A stretch of 64,000 bases of DNA from an uncultured candidate division Zixibacteria bacterium (GTDB lineage Bacteria; Zixibacteria; MSB-5A5; GN15; FEB-12). The notes below the pieces were generated by a model. That model worked only from the letters and a program-made list of their open reading frames with translations, had not been told where the DNA came from and made no database searches. Positions 58,423 through 64,000 of the stretch are shown piece after piece; positions within the stretch are counted from its first letter, which is position 1; each line of letters starts with the position of its first letter. Both the position numbers and the translations under genes were made by a program. Location of the stretch: NCBI GenBank assembly GCA_963707365.1, contig CAVPPI010000009.1, positions 129,778 through 193,777 of the forward strand, read 5' to 3'.

Positions 58423-58538
58423 ATTGCGGCAGGTCCTGTCCCCGACAAAATCGGGGATGTGACCTGCCGCCTTGTTGGCTTTTGAACTCAGGTGTCAGGT
58501 CACGTCCCCGATTTCATCGGGACCAGACCTGACACAAC
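58423..58538. repeat. Inverted pair of REP-like palindromes of the same family as 56572-56762
   Basis: gcggcaggtc...gacctgccgc (58426-58470, reverse orientation) and gtgtcaggtc...gacctgacac-aac (58492-58538). Confidence 0.8.
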
Positions 58539-58685
58539 GATAGAAAATCGGGGGCTTCTGTTGCGCGACACAAAACCCCTCAGGCGCGCGGCCTGCCTGA
58601 TTGCATCCCTTGCTTTATGGGCACGGGTTGCCTATATTGGCAACCTACCAAAGAGAAAAACAGTATTCCTATCAGGAGCCAGAGA

Positions 58686-60503
58686 ATGACCACATCAACC
58701 AAGATACCACCCGCACCGAAATGGGACCTCGATTCCATATTCAGAGGCGGAAGCAAATCGGAAGATTTCCGCAAGCACCGTGAAGACGTCAAGGTCGGGC
58801 TGAAAGAAGCCTCCGGCCTGATTGAGAGTCTACCGGAATCGATCGACAAGGGTTCGCTCGATGCATGGGTCGATATGATCCTGAAGCTTCAGTCCCTGCT
58901 GGAAGACATAGACTTAATCCGGTCGTTTGCCGGCGCTCTGGCGTCACAGAATGTTGAAGACTCCGCGGCCGATGGGATCAACGTTGAGGGGCACGTGCTT
59001 ACGTCGGAGTGGGAGAAGCTCCGCACGCAGCTTGAAGCGCTCTCGTTGATGCAGTCCGATGAGCAGTGGAAGATGCTTCTTAAAGATTCCCGTCTGGATG
59101 GTATACAGTTTTATCTCGATGAACTGCGAGTTATCGCCCGCAGCAAGATGCCGGTCGAGCTGGAATCGCTCGCCCTCGAGCTGTCAGTGAACGGTTATCA
59201 CGCCTGGAATCAGATTTACGACAAGATGGCGGGTGGGTTGGCTGTTGATTTCGAACAACACGGAAAGATAGAAAAAATCTCGCTGGGCCAGTTGGCCACC
59301 AAGATGTCGGACCCCAATCGTCAGATACGCAAGCAGGCTTTTGAAAAGATGACTGAAGCCTGGAAGACCAAGACCGATCTGGCTGCCATGATGCTCAATG
59401 CGCTCGGTGGGTTCCGTCTGACACTCTACGACCGCCGCAAGTGGGAATCCCCGGTAAAAGAAGCCCTCATAATGTCTCGTGCCGAGGAGAAGACTCTCGA
59501 CACCATGTGGAAGGTAATAGCCCGCGAGACCAAACGACTTCAGCCGTATATAGACGCCAAGAAAAAACTTCTGGGCATCGATAAATACGCCTGGTACGAT
59601 GAGTTCGCTCCGTGCGGGACTGTCAACAAGATGTACGATTTCGCAGAGGCCGGTGAGTTTATCCGGAAACATATCGGCAGTCTTTCACCGGATATGGCCG
59701 ATTTCTGCAAGATGGCTCTCGAGAAACGCTGGGTCGAGGCCGAGGACCGTCCCGGCAAACGCGGCGGAGCCTATTGTATGGGCACCGGCAAGTTTCGTCA
59801 ACCGCGCGTGTTTATGACCTACGCCGGTTCCTATGAAAATCTGCTCACGCTGGCTCATGAGCTTGGCCACGCCTACCACGGATGGGTGTTGAAAGACAAA
59901 CCGTATTTCTCGACAATCTACCCGATGAATCTTGCCGAGACGGCTTCGATATTCGCCGAGACGCTCGTCAACGACGCCGCTCTGGCGCAGGCGACTGATC
60001 CGCAGGAAAAACTGATGCTGGTAGAACAGAAACTCCAGAGCGCCTATGGGATGTTCACTGACCTTCACTGTCGCTACCTGTTCGACCGCTCTTTCTATGC
60101 CGAGCGCAAAAAAGGAGCCGTCGGACCCGACCGCTTGAGCGAACTGATGATTCAGGCGCAGAAAAAGGCTTTCGGCTCGCTGCTCGATGAGTCGGGTTTG
60201 CACCCGCTGTTCTGGTGTTCGAAACTTCATTTCTATATCAGCGATCAGCCGTTTTACAACTTCCCTTATACATTTGGTTATCTTTTCGCCGGCGGCGTTT
60301 ACGATAAGGCGAAGAAAGAAGGCCCCGCTTTCGCCAAGCAATATAAGGCCCTTCTGGCCGAAACCGGCAGCATGACTACCGAACAGGTCGCGCAGAAATA
60401 TCTGGGCGTGGACCTGACGAAGGAAGACTTCTGGGTTGATGCCATAAACAGGTCTCTCGCCGATGTAGATGAATTCGTTAAACTGGCGGATTCGCTCTCA
60501 TAG
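58686..60503 (+). CDS. M3B oligoendopeptidase F family
   Basis: WDL..IF, KRGGAYC, TLAHELGHAYH, AETAS, FYNFPYTFG; AGGAG RBS before ATG 58686. Confidence 0.93.
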   Translation: MTTSTKIPPAPKWDLDSIFRGGSKSEDFRKHREDVKVGLKEASGLIESLPESIDKGSLDAWVDMILKLQSLLEDIDLIRSFAGALASQNVEDSAADGINVEGHVLTSEWEKLRTQLEALSLMQSDEQWKMLLKDSRLDGIQFYLDELRVIARSKMPVELESLALELSVNGYHAWNQIYDKMAGGLAVDFEQHGKIEKISLGQLATKMSDPNRQIRKQAFEKMTEAWKTKTDLAAMMLNALGGFRLTLYDRRKWESPVKEALIMSRAEEKTLDTMWKVIARETKRLQPYIDAKKKLLGIDKYAWYDEFAPCGTVNKMYDFAEAGEFIRKHIGSLSPDMADFCKMALEKRWVEAEDRPGKRGGAYCMGTGKFRQPRVFMTYAGSYENLLTLAHELGHAYHGWVLKDKPYFSTIYPMNLAETASIFAETLVNDAALAQATDPQEKLMLVEQKLQSAYGMFTDLHCRYLFDRSFYAERKKGAVGPDRLSELMIQAQKKAFGSLLDESGLHPLFWCSKLHFYISDQPFYNFPYTFGYLFAGGVYDKAKKEGPAFAKQYKALLAETGSMTTEQVAQKYLGVDLTKEDFWVDAINRSLADVDEFVKLADSLS

Positions 60504-60506
60504 TCT

Positions 60507-61619
60507 ATGGCGACCGAGAACAATGATAAGCCTGAGAGTGGTCTCTGGAAAGACTATCTCAATCAGGCCACTATCAGTAAAATCGCTCGTGAGATTGGTC
60601 GTGTCCACAAAGGATTCGACCAATCCTCGTTTGTAGCGGCTCTCTCAGACAAGGCTTTTGTCGGGTTGGAGCTCAAGCAACGAATTAACCGGATAGCACA
60701 AGCGCTGCATGACTTCCTGCCGAACAATTATGCCAGGGTCATGGACATTTTCAGAAAAATTGCCCCCGGGCTTGGTGGTTTTGAGAACTGGGCGCTCATG
60801 TCCTACATAGAGCTGTACGGACTGGAGAATTTCGACACTTCCGTGACCGCCATGAGAGACCTTACTCAACACAGTACGGCCGAGTTCGCCATTCGGCCCT
60901 ATGTCAATCACGATCCCGCGACAATGCTCGCCGTCATGAACGATTGGGCGGAAGATGAAAATGAGCATATCCGCCGGCTGGCCGCCGAGGGTTCGCGCCC
61001 CAGAGGGGTCTGGACGGCTCACATTGACCAGTTCAAGAAGGACCCGCGACCGGTTTTGGCGCTGCTTGAAAAACTCAAGGCCGACGATTCCCTGTATGTG
61101 AGAAAAGCGGTGGCCAACAACCTTAACGACATCTCCAAAGACCATCCCGGCCTGGTCATCAAAACGGCCACGATCTGGCAGAAGAACAAAAACAAGCATA
61201 CCGATTGGATTATAAAGCACGCCTGCAGGACACTGATCAAGCGCGGCGATCGGGCGGTCTTTCCCCTGCTCGGGTTTACTGCCAATCCGAAGATTGAGCT
61301 GAAGAATTTCAAGTTGTCAGGCAAGAAAATCAAGATAGGCTCCGATGTTATTATTTCATTCGACCTTTTATCGCTTGCGAAACGTCCCCAAAAATTGGCG
61401 ATAGATTACCGGATTCACTTTGTAAAGAAAAACGGCAAGCTTTCCCCAAAAGTCTTTAAGCTTGCCGAAAAAAAACTCCCTGCTCAGGAAAGCATCGCCG
61501 CAGCCACCAAACACTCTTTTCGTAATCACAGCACCAGGACCCACCTTCCGGGTCAGCACCGGCTTGATATAGTAGTCAACGGTATCGTCGTGAAATCAAA
61601 CGATTTTCGCCTGTATTAG
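60507..61619 (+). CDS. AlkC-like HEAT-repeat DNA alkylation repair glycosylase with C-terminal Ig-like domain
   Basis: TAEFAIRP, HIRRLAAEGSRPR, YVRKAVANNLNDISKDHP, IDY.IHF.K. Confidence 0.88.
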   Translation: MATENNDKPESGLWKDYLNQATISKIAREIGRVHKGFDQSSFVAALSDKAFVGLELKQRINRIAQALHDFLPNNYARVMDIFRKIAPGLGGFENWALMSYIELYGLENFDTSVTAMRDLTQHSTAEFAIRPYVNHDPATMLAVMNDWAEDENEHIRRLAAEGSRPRGVWTAHIDQFKKDPRPVLALLEKLKADDSLYVRKAVANNLNDISKDHPGLVIKTATIWQKNKNKHTDWIIKHACRTLIKRGDRAVFPLLGFTANPKIELKNFKLSGKKIKIGSDVIISFDLLSLAKRPQKLAIDYRIHFVKKNGKLSPKVFKLAEKKLPAQESIAAATKHSFRNHSTRTHLPGQHRLDIVVNGIVVKSNDFRLY

Positions 61620-61660
61620 GGGTGTGAGACATTCGGGCGGGAGAAAGAACCGCGCAGGCG

Positions 61661-62521
61661 TCAAATATCTTCTATTTTTGTCAGCTTATCAATAAACTCG
61701 GCAGCCTCGCGTTTGGACAATCCCAATTTAACCAGTTCATCCAAATCGTAATTGCAGTCAGCGAGATGTTTCTTGAGAACCTTCAGTTCGGGGCCGGAGA
61801 AATAGGCCGAATTGACAGAGTAATCCATGAACGCTTCAAATGCGACCGGGCAGACCGTCTTGACCATATCACCCATGATGACAGCATACTCCCGGAATTC
61901 CTGCTGGGCGTGCGGGTCCATGCGAAGCCGGAGAAAGTGGAAAAGGTTGTGCAGGTCGATTTTCCAGTACCACTCGGTGTAGAGCGAAAGCGGCAGAGCG
62001 ATGCGGGCCAGCTCGCGTGCCATGCCATCATCGACAAACTCCATATAGCTCTCAAAGCTCTGCTTCTGGGAAGTAATCAGGTAATCGAGCAGCTTCTGTT
62101 TTAGTTCTTCGGGGACTTCTTCCTCGGAACGTCCCTGCTTGTTGACGGTCGACTGGTAGCGGACATCCTCGGGTTGCGGTACGTAGAATTCCTCTTTCAT
62201 AACCGAATACCGGCCGGAGTACTCGTTGACACTGGCCGAGCGATGGCGAATCCATTGGCGGGCAACAAAGATGGGGAGTTTGACGTGAAATTTGAACTCC
62301 ACCATCTCAAACGGGGTGGTGTGTTTGTGGCGCATAAGATACCGGATAAGCCCGCGATCTTCAGAGACCTTCTTGGTTCCCTTGCCATAGCTAACTCTGG
62401 CTGCCTGGACTATTGCCTCGTCCGAGCCCATATAGTCAATAAGGCGGATGAATCCGTGGTCGAGGACTTTGAATTCCTTGTCCAGAAGGGCATCGGCCTT
62501 TTCGTTTACTACGTGTGCCAC
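61661..62521 (-). CDS. thyX: FAD-dependent thymidylate synthase
   Basis: AARVSY, HTTPFE, RQWIRHRSASVNEYSGRY, ELAR, HAQ.E. Confidence 0.97.
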   Translation of the reverse strand: MAHVVNEKADALLDKEFKVLDHGFIRLIDYMGSDEAIVQAARVSYGKGTKKVSEDRGLIRYLMRHKHTTPFEMVEFKFHVKLPIFVARQWIRHRSASVNEYSGRYSVMKEEFYVPQPEDVRYQSTVNKQGRSEEEVPEELKQKLLDYLITSQKQSFESYMEFVDDGMARELARIALPLSLYTEWYWKIDLHNLFHFLRLRMDPHAQQEFREYAVIMGDMVKTVCPVAFEAFMDYSVNSAYFSGPELKVLKKHLADCNYDLDELVKLGLSKREAAEFIDKLTKIEDI

Positions 62522-62778
62522 AATTCTCCTTTATTCAGTTCAACCGTGAGTTGCCAATATAATCAAACCGTTTCCGGTGGACAATCTCTTTATGCCCCGG
62601 GGGCTGATGAGAAGCGTTTCAGGCGGTCGACCGGGCCGTTTTTATAAGATAAAATAGATTAATAATGCCATCAAGATGAGCCGTAAGGTTGCGCGGCAGG
62701 CGGCTTTTCTTTATCTTATGTCCTGTTTCGAAAAACAACCGGGACCACGGGTCCCCCGAGATAAAAAGGAGTTTTGTG

Positions 62779-64000
62779 ATGTCCACTCAACAGGCTTATG
62801 ACGACCTGATTAAGCGGGTGAAAGAAGTCTCTCTGCTTCATTCCTGTGACGCTATACTTGGCTGGGATGAACGTACTTATATGCCCCGGGGCGGGGCCGC
62901 GCACAGGGCTGACCAGCTTGGACTGATCTCCGGGCTGGCTCATGAAAAATTGACCGACCCCAAAATAGGCGAGCTTCTCTCGGAACTGGAGCAGTCGGAT
63001 TTGGTCAAGGACCCCGAATCCGCCCAGGCGGTCAATATCCGCGAAATTCGTTACTATTACGACAAGCAGACCAAGTTGCCGAAAGACCTGGTTGAGGAGA
63101 TTACCAAAGTCACCACGCTGGCTCAAGGAGAGTGGGTTGAGGCCCGTAAGAAATCCGATTTCAAACACTTCGAACCGTGGCTAGGGAAAGTTATTGCTCT
63201 GCAAAAACAGAAGGCCGATGCCTACGGGTACGATGGTGAAGCGTACGATGCACTTCTTGATGACTACGAGAAAGGTGCGAAGACTTCGGATATCGTAGAT
63301 GTGTTTACGACCCTCAGAAAGGAACTGGTGGAGTTGCTGGGCAAGATTAAGGGAGCTCCCCGCAAACCGGATGCCGGTATTGTAACACGTGATTATGACG
63401 TTGAGCTTCAGAAAATATTCGGCGAATCAGTTGCGGCCGCTATGGGCTTTGGCTTTGACGAGGGCCGGCTCGATATCACCACTCATCCTTTCTGCACCGG
63501 CATAGGCCCCGGCGACACCCGCATTACCACGCGCTACAATCCGAAGCGTATCAATGATGCTCTTTTCGGGATTATGCACGAGGCCGGACACGGCCTGTAT
63601 GAAATGGGACTGGATAAGAAACAGCATTTCGGTACACCGATGGGCGACTCGGTTTCACTGGGAATTCATGAATCACAGTCGCGTATGTGGGAGAACCAGG
63701 TCGGCCGCTCGCGTGCTTTCTGGGTGTATTTCTTCCCGCAGGCGCAGCGGATATTCAAGGAGTCCCTCGGTGGCGTTAAGCTCGATGATTTCTATGGTGC
63801 CATAAACGATGTGAGGCCGTCATTCATTCGCGTGGAAGCCGACGAAGCGACCTATAACCTGCATATTCTTCTTCGCTTCGAACTCGAACGGCCGCTTCTC
63901 ACCGGTGATTTGAAACCGGCCGATGTTCCGGGCGAATGGAACAGTCGCTTCAAGAAGTATTTCGGTATCGATGTTGATAAGGATGCCAACGGCTGTCTTC
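62779..64000 (+). CDS. M32 carboxypeptidase, truncated by the window end (absent from the ORF track)
   Basis: My translation: MSTQQAY...LGWDERTYMP, HPF, HEAGHGLYE, HESQS, IRVEADE in one frame; AAGGAG RBS. Confidence 0.93.
   Translation, partial: MSTQQAYDDLIKRVKEVSLLHSCDAILGWDERTYMPRGGAAHRADQLGLISGLAHEKLTDPKIGELLSELEQSDLVKDPESAQAVNIREIRYYYDKQTKLPKDLVEEITKVTTLAQGEWVEARKKSDFKHFEPWLGKVIALQKQKADAYGYDGEAYDALLDDYEKGAKTSDIVDVFTTLRKELVELLGKIKGAPRKPDAGIVTRDYDVELQKIFGESVAAAMGFGFDEGRLDITTHPFCTGIGPGDTRITTRYNPKRINDALFGIMHEAGHGLYEMGLDKKQHFGTPMGDSVSLGIHESQSRMWENQVGRSRAFWVYFFPQAQRIFKESLGGVKLDDFYGAINDVRPSFIRVEADEATYNLHILLRFELERPLLTGDLKPADVPGEWNSRFKKYFGIDVDKDANGCL

Overview
A gene-dense bacterial chromosomal window with about 50 CDSs. 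I found no rRNA, tRNA, CRISPR array, prophage or transposase. Cys-flanked dockerin modules and 'QNYPNPFNP' FlgD/T9SS-like C-terminal domains suggest an FCB-group lineage such as Ca. Zixibacteria (inference). Contents: secreted dockerin and FlgD-tagged proteins; GH35-like protein, ggt, cstA; a diguanylate cyclase-nagZ-anmK-SpoIID-OmpA peptidoglycan-recycling run; cytochromes including a cytochrome bd-like pair with fused heme c; GT4, wecB, SufS-like enzyme, coaX; dnaE, a sigma54-driven PEP-CTERM gene, recA; Ktr K+ uptake, tandem STAS genes, fbaB; a peptidase-rich end (M48, M1, M3, M32, MFS); AlkC-like glycosylase and thyX. Five genes are broken by small frameshifts that look like sequencing insertions. 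The best candidates for novelty are: (1) an ORF-free, densely structured ~265-nt transcript with its own sigma70 promoter and terminator (55977-56242); (2) an ATPase-less Lon-type protease domain apparently fused through one TM helix to a periplasmic propeller-like domain (51775-53684); (3) a dockerin protein beside two cohesin-like, FlgD-tagged paralogs; (4) a REP-like palindrome family with compensatory changes flanking the MFS gene. All functional calls come from motif recognition by eye; no searches were run.
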